From NCBI GenBank assembly GCA_947630755.1, contig CANRIU010000006.1:2470-66469 (forward strand): 64,000 nt of DNA, written 5' to 3'. How positions within the stretch are numbered: the stretch's first letter is position 1; each line of letters starts with the position of its first letter. The translations under genes were made by a program, and so were the position numbers. Below are positions 25,516-32,993 of the stretch, piece by piece. This DNA comes from an uncultured Oscillospiraceae bacterium (lineage in GTDB: Bacteria; Bacillota; Clostridia; Oscillospirales; Oscillospiraceae). The notes below the pieces were generated by a model, which had not been told where the DNA came from, made no database searches, and was given only the letters and a program-made list of their open reading frames with translations.

Positions 25516-26578
25516 TTCCTGTCTCCTCCCAGAGGCTGCTGAGCCTTTCGCTCTCCAGAGCTTTTATTGCGTTGACCACCGCCTCCATGGCAGTGCCGCC
25601 CAGGCCGTCGAAGGCCGTCTGGCGCATTGAAGCGGTCACAAAGCGCAGACTGTCCGCGGAATAGTCGGGGCTTTTGTCAAATCCCTCCGTAAGCCTCTTT
25701 GCCGACAGAAGGGACGCGCGGGCCGCATCCATTTTCCCCAGCTTCATCTGCGCGTAGGCAAGACAAGCATAAAAGCTTGCGCAGGGCTTGTCGAAGAGGC
25801 TGCTTTTCCCCTCTGACTTCAGGCCCGCAAGGAAATTGAGGGCAAGCTTGAGGACCGCCTCCCCGGAGGCGTAGTCCTCCCGCTTGAAATACACGTTCAT
25901 AAATCCGTTGACGATTCGAATGAGCGCCGCGGAGGCGGAGACGAGAGCCGTGGAGAGGTACTCCGCCGCCTCCTCCGGGCGGTTGCATATCCCCGCCAGG
26001 TACTGGCCTATGGCATCGTCGTTGATGCCCCGGGGGTTGGCGCTCTTTAAAAGCTCCAGCGCCCGCTCCGACTCGCCAAGCTCCATATTCGCCACGGCCA
26101 TGTCGTAGGTGATGGAGATCTCGCTTATTTTCGGGTCCGTGTTCTGCTCGAGGAGGAGTATCGCCCGCTCCATGAGCTCAACGGAGCGCCGGAGAAGGGG
26201 CTTATCGCCGCTCGTAAGTCCGAACAGATAGTAGAGAAGGGCGCTCTGGTAGACGATGTCGAAGCTGTTGGGGTAGCGGATGAGGGCCTTATTCGCCTCG
26301 GCAAGCCCGGCGGAGTCCCTGCTCAGTAAGTAACCCCGGAGCCGGGCCGCCGTGTCGGCCTGCCTGTTGCTCCTGGCCTCGTAGCCCAGGAGCACATCCA
26401 CCGACGTGTCGAACAGGTCCGCAAGCTCAACTAAAAGTGACAGGTCCGGCGCGGACAGGCCCGCCTCCCACTTGTATACCGCCCCCGCGGTGACGCCAAG
26501 GGCGTCGGCGAGCTGCTGCTGGGTGAGTGCCCGCGCCCGCCTCATGGCGCGGATGTTTTCAGAGAGATCAATTTTCAT
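25508..26578 (-). CDS. XRE-family HTH regulator with a ~290-aa helical-repeat (TPR-like) C-terminal domain
   Basis: Start moved to MKIDLSENIRAMRRARALTQQQLADALGVTAGAVYKWEAG (ATG 26578, GGGAGGGGA upstream). The rest is all-helical and repeat-like. 8-nt overlap with the ABC gene. Confidence 0.85.
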   Translation of the reverse strand: MKIDLSENIRAMRRARALTQQQLADALGVTAGAVYKWEAGLSAPDLSLLVELADLFDTSVDVLLGYEARSNRQADTAARLRGYLLSRDSAGLAEANKALIRYPNSFDIVYQSALLYYLFGLTSGDKPLLRRSVELMERAILLLEQNTDPKISEISITYDMAVANMELGESERALELLKSANPRGINDDAIGQYLAGICNRPEEAAEYLSTALVSASAALIRIVNGFMNVYFKREDYASGEAVLKLALNFLAGLKSEGKSSLFDKPCASFYACLAYAQMKLGKMDAARASLLSAKRLTEGFDKSPDYSADSLRFVTASMRQTAFDGLGGTAMEAVVNAIKALESERLSSLWEETGNE

Positions 26579-26734
26579 ATCGTCCCCTCCCTTTCGTGCT
26601 GACGCTATTATAACGCCGAAGCAGGGATTTTGGAACACACCATTCGTATAATCCGGAGGATATTATTTATACCGTCGGTATGTATCGGGGCAAATCTGAC
26701 GGATAAACACAAGGCGGCGAGGACGTCTGAACTG

Positions 26735-26763
26735 TTGATTTTATTTACCAGACGTTATATAAT
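26735..26763 (+). promoter_or_regulatory. Sigma-A type promoter (TTGATT - 17 nt - TATAAT)
   Basis: TTGATT 26735-26740 and TATAAT 26758-26763. 48 nt upstream of ATG 26812 (GGAGG SD at about 26801). A 13-bp palindrome ATACCGTCGGTAT sits at 26669-26681 in the same spacer. Confidence 0.55.
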
Positions 26764-26811
26764 GTTATTGTTATTTAAGGCTGTGCGGACGGCGGGAAAA
26801 CGGAGGCTGAA

Positions 26812-27126
26812 ATGCAGATTCTTCTTTGTATTGTAAGCGTTATTTTTGGCGGGCTGTCGCTAATTGCGGCTGTCAGTCAAATAAAAAGCGAAAAGAAGCC
26901 GCCCTCGGCTTTTATCATGCTCATCGGCTCCCTTATGCTAATAGCTGCCGTGATTTTCAATATCCTCGGGCAGGAGTTTGACTATATGATTGCCTTACTC
27001 GGGTGCGTGGCGGTCTGTGCCGCGGCAATCATGAACGGGATAAAAGGCGGGCAGCTCCATATACCGCATCACGTCATACGCATTACGCTGTCGATCGTAT
27101 TGATTGCCGGATTTGTTCTTCTGTAA
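26812..27126 (+). CDS. small integral membrane protein (104 aa, about 4 TM helices)
   Basis: MQILLCIVSVIFGGLSLIAAV...LMLIAAVIFNIL...ALLGCVAVCAAAIM...ITLSIVLIAGFVLL. The stop overlaps the next start (TAATG). Confidence 0.7.
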   Translation: MQILLCIVSVIFGGLSLIAAVSQIKSEKKPPSAFIMLIGSLMLIAAVIFNILGQEFDYMIALLGCVAVCAAAIMNGIKGGQLHIPHHVIRITLSIVLIAGFVLL

Positions 27127-27809
27127 TGGGCGAGGGGTTAACTGTCGGCGAGGGCGTTTTGTGGGTCCTTGCCTGGTTTGGCGTTATGCTGTTCTACACG
27201 CTTTTGGATGTGGCGGTATGGAGAAAAACAGCACCCGGTCATGCAAGGCTGCTGAATGTAATTTCAATCGCTCTGTGCATGGGCGGGTTTCTGAGTCTTT
27301 TAAGGTCAAAATATGGTTTTCAAATCGACCCTTTAAACGGGTTTTCCCCGGAAGGTATGCTCCTGGCGGCGGGCTGCGCGGCGGCGATGTACCTTCTTCT
27401 GGATAAATTCCTGGACCCTGTTTTTGAGGGTATGCTCCCGGGAAGCGAGAAACGCTATCGGGAGGCGCTGGAGCACCTAAGGGAGGCGCCGATACTGAGC
27501 TTTATTCAGGTCTGTGTCCTCGCGCCGATAATGGAGGAGGCTTTGATGCGCGGTTTCCTTCTTGGCGGATTATCCTTAAGCTGCGGCGCGGTGACCGCGC
27601 TTCTTATTTCGTCGGCGCTCTTTGCGCTGCTGCACTTCAACATGGTTCAAACGCTGTCGGCATTTATCTCCGGCATCGCGCTCGGTCTTGTTTACATACG
27701 AACGGATTCACTTATATGCTGTATGGCGGCACACGCGGGATATAATATGATCTCGTATTTTACAACCGTTTTTCCAAATCACAGCTGTAAAAAAGGAGGA
27801 CAGACATGA
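27126..27809 (+). CDS. CPBP-family intramembrane glutamic endopeptidase (CAAX protease / Abi-like)
   Basis: Start moved to ATG 27126, in frame with track ORF 27003..27809. Motifs EEALMRGF (EExxxR), FALLHF (FxxxH) and AAHAGYN (HxxxN). Confidence 0.85.
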   Translation: MGEGLTVGEGVLWVLAWFGVMLFYTLLDVAVWRKTAPGHARLLNVISIALCMGGFLSLLRSKYGFQIDPLNGFSPEGMLLAAGCAAAMYLLLDKFLDPVFEGMLPGSEKRYREALEHLREAPILSFIQVCVLAPIMEEALMRGFLLGGLSLSCGAVTALLISSALFALLHFNMVQTLSAFISGIALGLVYIRTDSLICCMAAHAGYNMISYFTTVFPNHSCKKGGQT

Positions 27810-28354
27810 CAGAATATCTCTTTCCCCAGGACCTTAAGGATGACGTGACCAGTGACACATTCACCTTCCTTAATGATGAGCTAATGCCCGACGATGCGGA
27901 CGCCGGCTATACCCGCCCGAGCTTCAGCTTCGTCAGGGTGGATTTTGACCAGCTGGGCCAGGGAGGCGCGCGATACGAAGCTGCCGTCAGGGAATATGCG
28001 CGCATAGAGGAGGCTCTCCGCGCGGAGGCAGCCGTCCGCAGGGAGCTGAAGATGTATTTCACGCTTCCGGGTTTGGACAGGGCCGCCGAGCTGAAGGTAT
28101 ACGACTGGAGAGGCAGACGCGCATACTTCGTGCTGCCCGAGGCGCAGCAGGCGGAGTTTGAAGAATGGAACACCTCGGAGTTCTCCGCCTTTTGCGCGGA
28201 AAAAAACATCCATTTTGTGGTCAAAAAGGGCGACCGCTTCCACGACCTGACGACGGGAGAGGATTTTGTCATACATTGTGAGTACTTCCCGGGAATGGCC
28301 GACGATGCCGCGACTTATCAGGAATACACTATCCTAAAGGTCGAGCAAAAGTGA
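27806..28354 (+). CDS. hypothetical cytoplasmic protein (182 aa), translationally coupled to the CPBP gene
   Basis: ATGA overlap at 27806-27809. No motif recognised (MTEYLFPQDLKDDVTSDTF...). Confidence 0.65.
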   Translation: MTEYLFPQDLKDDVTSDTFTFLNDELMPDDADAGYTRPSFSFVRVDFDQLGQGGARYEAAVREYARIEEALRAEAAVRRELKMYFTLPGLDRAAELKVYDWRGRRAYFVLPEAQQAEFEEWNTSEFSAFCAEKNIHFVVKKGDRFHDLTTGEDFVIHCEYFPGMADDAATYQEYTILKVEQK

Positions 28355-28411
28355 GGCGCGCGGGAGAAGCATCCTTAAGGTCATTATCCAAATAAAAAGC
28401 GTATAATAAGT

Positions 28412-28448
28412 TTGAGGGAGGCTTACCGATATGGTAAGCCTCCCTCAA
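28412..28448. repeat. palindromic element copy 1 (16-bp stem, 5-nt loop)
   Basis: TTGAGGGAGGCTTACC-GATAT-GGTAAGCCTCCCTCAA is a perfect inverted repeat. It is followed immediately by a second hairpin, CCGTCGACAAAGGCA/TGCCTTTGCCGACGG (28450-28480). Confidence 0.9.
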
Positions 28449-28714
28449 GCCGTCGACAAAGGCATTGCCTTTGCCGACGGAAGAAATTTGCCGGTCCCCT
28501 CCATGCACTTCGTACACATTTCCGCGCCAAGAGCCGCCCTACAGGCGGTTGCGCTCCGAAATGGCGCCTGCGGGCGCACATCCGGGGACCTAAATGGGGC
28601 AAAATCCGACGCACATGTCGTCGGATTTTGCATTGAATTTTTTTCGCGCTGTGACCGAAGGGAATCCCCTTGCGGGACGGGCGCTAATTTTAAGCGAAGC
28701 TGTTTCAACACTCT

Positions 28715-28747
28715 GAGGGAGGCTCGCCGATATGGTAAGCCTCCCTC
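28715..28747. repeat. palindromic element copy 2 (same sequence, two changes in the left arm)
   Basis: GAGGGAGGCTCGCC-GATAT-GGTAAGCCTCCCTC, 301 bp downstream of copy 1. Confidence 0.9.
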
Positions 28748-28953
28748 TGATGTATGTGGTCACAGATATTAGCTGATTTGCAGGGACTTTTACCTCAAAC
28801 CTGTACATAGCTTAATTTCCATTTTATGTAATGCCGAATCAACCGCAGGATTTTCCATATTCATCAATCCTTCTTTTATATCATTTGTAAATGCCGCAGT
28901 GCGTTAACAATCGCCCTTTCCTTATCTTCGGGGCATTTCGGCTTCCTCGCCTC

Positions 28954-30351
28954 TTATGACTTCGGCTTAGTTTCCTCTTCAATATGATGCTCGACATTGA
29001 GCTTGGACAATAAACACACTGTCTCCACATGCTCCGTTCTCGGGAACATGTCCACCGCCTCGGATTTTTGGGGGACGTAGGACAAACCTGTAAAACGCTT
29101 TATGTCCCGGGCGAGGGTGGCGGGGTCGCAGGAGACGTAGACCACCCTCGAGGGGGACATTCTCGCAATCGTCTCTATTACCGGCTGCTCAAGGCCCCGG
29201 CGGGGCGGGTCCACCACCACGACGTCGGGGCGGACGCCCTCGCGCTCGAGCCTTGCGGCTATGTCGGAGGCGTCGCCGCAGAAAAACTCCGCATTCGTCA
29301 CGCCGTTGGCCCGGGCGTTTGACCGGGCGTCGTCGATGGCCTCGGGGACTATCTCCGCGCCTATGACTCTCTTCGCCCTCCCGGCAAGGCACAGCGAGAT
29401 GGTCCCTATGCCGCAGTACAGGTCCAGGACAGTCTCCCGCCCCGTGAGGGCGGCGAAGTGCAGGGCGCGGCTGTACAGCACCTCGCACTGGCTGCGGTTG
29501 ACCTGGAAAAAGGACGGCACGGAGAGGCGAAAGCGAAGCCCGCAGAGTGTCTCCTCCATCGCGCTCTCGCCCCAGGCCGTGCGGTAGCGGTCGCCAAGGA
29601 TAACGTTGTCCGGTCTCGTGTTGTAATTTACCACGATCCCGGTTATCCCGGGCTCGGCAAGGCGCAGGCGCCTGACAAGGCCGCCCTCGTGGGGAAGCTG
29701 CCGCTCCGCCGGGGCGTTGACCACAAGGCACACGAGGCTGTCCCCCGTCGAGCCCGCGCGGACATAGATGTGGCGCAAAAGCCCTGTGTGGGTGTGCTCG
29801 TCATAGGCCTGGACGTTAAACTCCCGCATCCACGCCAGGACCGCGCCCCTGACGCGGGAGGCGGACTCCGGCTGGAGAAGGCAGTCCGCAGCGTCGAGCA
29901 CGTCGTGGCTCCTTGCGCGGTAGAAGCCTATCCTAGGCCCCGGCGCGGCGGGAAACTGGACCTTGTTCCTGTATCTTTCGCAGCTTACCGCGCCGTGGAC
30001 GGCGTCCAGCGTGAGCTCCACCCCGCCGATGCGGCGGAGGGCGTCCTCCACCTTTGTCCTTTTGAAGCGCAGCTCCTCGGCGTAGCTCATATGCCGAAGG
30101 CCGCAGCCCCCGCAGGCTGGGTACAGCGGGCAGTCCGGGCGGACCCGCTCCGGGGAGGGCTCAAGCACCTCCTCCGCCCTGGCAAAGGCGGAGTTCTTCA
30201 GCACCTTAAGTATCCTTACCCGGCAGCGCTCCCCCGCTATTGCGCCGGAGACGAACACCGCCATGCCGCCGATCCGCGCCACGCCCATGCCGTCGGAGCC
30301 GTAGCCGATTATCTCCGCCTCAACTATGTCGTTTTTCGATAAATCAGTCAT
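28954..30351 (-). CDS. rlmD: 23S rRNA (uracil-C5)-methyltransferase, RlmD/RumA family (TRAM + Fe-S Cys cluster + SAM MTase)
   Basis: Start moved to MTDLSKNDIVEAEIIGYGSDGMGVARIGG (TRAM domain), ATG 30351. CPLYPACGGCGLRH cluster. DLYCGIGTISL SAM motif. DPPRRG. The track ORF extends to 30570 only as a spurious N-terminal extension. Confidence 0.9.
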   Translation of the reverse strand: MTDLSKNDIVEAEIIGYGSDGMGVARIGGMAVFVSGAIAGERCRVRILKVLKNSAFARAEEVLEPSPERVRPDCPLYPACGGCGLRHMSYAEELRFKRTKVEDALRRIGGVELTLDAVHGAVSCERYRNKVQFPAAPGPRIGFYRARSHDVLDAADCLLQPESASRVRGAVLAWMREFNVQAYDEHTHTGLLRHIYVRAGSTGDSLVCLVVNAPAERQLPHEGGLVRRLRLAEPGITGIVVNYNTRPDNVILGDRYRTAWGESAMEETLCGLRFRLSVPSFFQVNRSQCEVLYSRALHFAALTGRETVLDLYCGIGTISLCLAGRAKRVIGAEIVPEAIDDARSNARANGVTNAEFFCGDASDIAARLEREGVRPDVVVVDPPRRGLEQPVIETIARMSPSRVVYVSCDPATLARDIKRFTGLSYVPQKSEAVDMFPRTEHVETVCLLSKLNVEHHIEEETKPKS

Positions 30352-30359
30352 TAATTCGG

Positions 30360-30640
30360 TTAAGGTGACGGGAGTCGAACACACGCCGCTCCACGCGGGC
30401 CCTTTTCGGCGCTTTTCACCTTGTCGTCGTCGCCTTGCGTCAGCAAGGCTTCCTCCGACCCGGCGAAAATCACTCGAAAATTGCGACCCGTGGAGTGCTA
30501 AGCAGTTTCTGGCGAGCGGATTTGTGTCCGGGCGAGTAAAAGCCCACAGGGAATACTTTCGTATTTCCAAGGGCTTTGCCGAAGTCCGGGCGCAAATCAG
30601 CCGTCAGAAACCGACGCGGGTTCAACTCCCGTCACCTTAA
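30360..30640 (+). ncRNA. candidate structured RNA or MITE-like element of unknown family, closed by 21-bp terminal inverted repeats
   Basis: TTAAGGTGACGGGAGTCGAAC (30360-30380) and GTTCAACTCCCGTCACCTTAA (30620-30640) are reverse complements with one mismatch. There are multiple internal perfect hairpins and no credible ORF. The strand is inferred from the downstream terminator. Confidence 0.45.
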
Positions 30641-30668
30641 AGCCGGGGCGCGCCCCGGCTTTTTCCTT
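30641..30668 (+). terminator. intrinsic terminator directly after the structured element
   Basis: AGCCGGGGCG/CGCCCCGGCT, a 10-bp perfect stem with essentially no loop so the innermost pairs must open. It is followed by TTTTCCTTTC on the plus strand; the minus-strand side has only CTTTAA. Confidence 0.65.
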
Positions 30669-30723
30669 TCCTATACTGTTACTGTTTTTGCGGTATTGTT
30701 TTAAGTTCCCGCTTTAATGCCCG

Positions 30724-32895
30724 TCAGGCAATTATAACGGTGATGTTCCCGTCCTGGGTGGTGATGCCAACGCGCTTGAGCTCACGCTTATAATTTGCGA
30801 TGAGCTCGTTTGCCAGCTTATCCTCGATGTCCTTCTGGATGGTGCGGCGAAGATTTCTGGCGCCGTACTCCGAGGAGTAGGACTTTTGCGTCAGGTAGTC
30901 AATTACGGAGTCGTCCCAGGTGAGGGTCATGGCCTTCTCGGCAAGGCCATCCTTCAGCTCCTCCAGCATCAGGACGGCTATGGCCTTGAAGTTCTCCTCC
31001 GTGAGCTTGTTGAAGTACACCACCTCGTCCACGCGGTTGATAAACTCAGGCCGTAAAAACTCCCTCAGGGCCTTCATTGCCGTCTCCCGGGCCATATCGT
31101 TGCCGATGCCGCCGAAGCCCACGGTGCCGGAGCCCTTCCTGTCGGACCCGGCGTTGGTGGTCATGATGATTATGGTGTTCTCGGTGAGCTGCCCCGCCTC
31201 GTCGTAGCCCACATATCCCGGGGGCGAGCCGATTATCCGGGAGACGGAGAATTTCTCCATAAACTCCGACATGTCGAGCCGGATCAGCGACTCCGGCGCG
31301 TGGAACATATCCTCCGCAAGGCGCTTCACGAGCTCCGTCTTGCCCACGCCTGTGGAGCCCACGAATATGAAGCTCACGGGCTTGTGCTTTGTGGAGATGC
31401 CCACACGGTTGCGCTTTATTGCGGAGCAGACGGCGTCCACAGCCTCGTCCTGACCCACGATGTGCCGCTTCAGGCGCTTGTCGAGGTTTGCGAGCTTCTC
31501 GTGCTCGTCCTCCCGGATGCTGCTGGCGGGGATCTTCGTCCAAAGCTCGATTATCCGGGCGAAGTTGTCCATGCCCAGCTCCGGTATTCCCTCGCCCTGG
31601 AGCTTGAGCTTCTCATCGGATATGGCGATCTCCCTGCCCCGGAGCTTTGCAAGCCGGGCGTAGTCCTCCTCGGCATAGGGGGAGGAGTCCGTCTCCGGGC
31701 GCTCAAGGAGCATCTCCCGCTCCTTGGCGATGTCGCCAAGCTCCTTGTCTATCTCCGCCAGGCGGGCGTAGTTTTTGCACTTTAAGTTCACGTCGGAGCA
31801 GGCCTCGTCTATAAGGTCGATGGCCTTGTCCGGGAGGAAGCGGTCGGTGATATACCTCTCGGAGAGGAGCACCGCCTGACGGCACATGGCGTCGGAGATC
31901 TTCACCCCGTGGTATGTCTCATAGTAGTGGGCTATGCCCTTGATTATTTTGATGGACTCCTCAATGGAGGGCTCCGTCACCGTGACGGGCTGGAAGCGGC
32001 GCTCAAGGGCGGAGTCCTTCTCGATGTGCTTGCGGTACTCCGTAAAGGTGGTGGCGCCGATGACCTGGATCTCCCCTCTCGACAGGGCGGGCTTTAAGAT
32101 GTTCGCGGCGTTCATGCTCCCCTCGGCATCCCCGGCGCCCACGAGGGTGTGGACCTCGTCAATGACAAGGATTATGTTGCCGATGGTCTTTATCTCCTCG
32201 ATAAGTCCCTTCATTCTGGACTCAAACTGTCCGCGAAACTGTGTCCCGGCGACGAGGCTCGTCAGGTCAAGAAGGTAAACCTCCTTGTCCCGGAGCTTGT
32301 AGGGCACGTCCCCGGACTCTATCCGCTGGGCAAGGCCCTCGGCGATGGCTGTCTTGCCAACGCCGGGCTCGCCGATGAGGCAGGGGTTGTTCTTCTGGCG
32401 GCGGTTCAGTATCTGAATCACCCGCTCCAGCTCCTCCTCGCGCCCGATGAGCTTGTCGAGCTTCCCGGACTTTGCCCGGGCGGTGAGGGATATGCAGTAG
32501 GTGTCAAGGTACTTGCGCTTTTTCTCCCGCTCCCTGCCGGGGCGCTTTTCCTGACTGTCGCCCCTGCCGCCCTGGGGCGGCTGGTTGTTGTCCTGTGCGC
32601 CGAAGAGCTTGTTCATAAAGGGGAAGGTGGCGGTCTTTCCGGACTCGTCGTCGCCGTCCATGTCGCCCTGGAGCTCCTCCGCGCCGCCGAAGGCCTCCAT
32701 CATCTCCCCGGCGATGCCCTCAAGGTCGTCGTCGGTGATGCCCATCTTCTTCATTATATCGTCCACGGGCTTCATACCCATCTCCCGGGCGCACTTGAGG
32801 CACAGCCCCTCGGAGGTGGTCTGACCGTTCTCTATCTTCGTCACAAAAATTACCGCCACATTTTTGTGGCATCTGGCGCATAATGTCGGCTGCAT
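30724..32895 (-). CDS. clpE: ClpE-type class I AAA+ chaperone (N-terminal zinc ribbon, two AAA+ modules), with the D2 Walker B segment missing
   Basis: Start moved to [18 protein letters not shown]...CLKCAREMG (ATG 32895). D1 has GEPGVGKT and ILVIDEVH. D2 has GSTGVGKT, but ...[15 protein letters not shown] runs straight into [11 protein letters not shown]. Confidence 0.85.
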   Translation of the reverse strand: MQPTLCARCHKNVAVIFVTKIENGQTTSEGLCLKCAREMGMKPVDDIMKKMGITDDDLEGIAGEMMEAFGGAEELQGDMDGDDESGKTATFPFMNKLFGAQDNNQPPQGGRGDSQEKRPGREREKKRKYLDTYCISLTARAKSGKLDKLIGREEELERVIQILNRRQKNNPCLIGEPGVGKTAIAEGLAQRIESGDVPYKLRDKEVYLLDLTSLVAGTQFRGQFESRMKGLIEEIKTIGNIILVIDEVHTLVGAGDAEGSMNAANILKPALSRGEIQVIGATTFTEYRKHIEKDSALERRFQPVTVTEPSIEESIKIIKGIAHYYETYHGVKISDAMCRQAVLLSERYITDRFLPDKAIDLIDEACSDVNLKCKNYARLAEIDKELGDIAKEREMLLERPETDSSPYAEEDYARLAKLRGREIAISDEKLKLQGEGIPELGMDNFARIIELWTKIPASSIREDEHEKLANLDKRLKRHIVGQDEAVDAVCSAIKRNRVGISTKHKPVSFIFVGSTGVGKTELVKRLAEDMFHAPESLIRLDMSEFMEKFSVSRIIGSPPGYVGYDEAGQLTENTIIIMTTNAGSDRKGSGTVGFGGIGNDMARETAMKALREFLRPEFINRVDEVVYFNKLTEENFKAIAVLMLEELKDGLAEKAMTLTWDDSVIDYLTQKSYSSEYGARNLRRTIQKDIEDKLANELIANYKRELKRVGITTQDGNITVIIA

Positions 32896-32993
32896 AATAT
32901 CCGTCCTTTCCGTTCCCCGGTACAAAAAAGGGAAAACTCCCGCTCTGCCGGACCTGTGCCCCGGCAGGGATATGGTTTACATAATATCTGCGC

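Noticed and set aside
26654-26705. Mini-ORF MYRGKSDG after a GGAGGA in the regulator/CPBP spacer, as a candidate signalling peptide.
   Set aside because: The SD-to-ATG spacing is about 19 nt, which is too long. The peptide has no hydrophobic or secretion feature, and conservation cannot be assessed here.
28431-28772. A 113-aa ORF begins at the ATG inside palindrome copy 1, with an apparent strong SD.
   Set aside because: Third-position G+C is clearly lower than in real genes here, and the sequence is Arg/Cys/Gly-rich with no motif. It also reads straight through several perfect hairpins and the second palindrome. It is treated as non-coding.
30352-30570. The track ORF 28954..30570 suggests a 538-aa RlmD with a 73-aa N-terminal extension.
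   Set aside because: The extension (MEIRKYSLWAFTRPDTNPLARNC...RRRRQGEKRRKG) is low-complexity and runs through the structured element. The conserved TRAM domain begins at the internal ATG 30351.
30560-30625. GAAGUCCGGGCG and CAGAAACCGAC resemble the RNase P RNA CR-I and CR-IV motifs.
   Set aside because: The two motifs are only about 20 nt apart instead of about 250 nt. The other universally conserved RNase P blocks are absent, and the total length is too short.
30360-30640. The structured element could be the tmRNA (ssrA) gene, because its 3' end matches a tmRNA/tRNA T-arm and the 5' end contains GGGAGUCGAAC, resembling the GGAUUCGAC of tmRNA.
   Set aside because: The acceptor helix GGUGACG/CGUCACC has no G3-U70 pair. 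No tag reading frame ends in ...AA-stop on either strand. At about 280 nt it is shorter than typical tmRNAs. The 5' arm is fully complementary to the T-arm, giving a 21-bp inverted repeat rather than a tRNA-like domain. cmscan is still needed to be certain.
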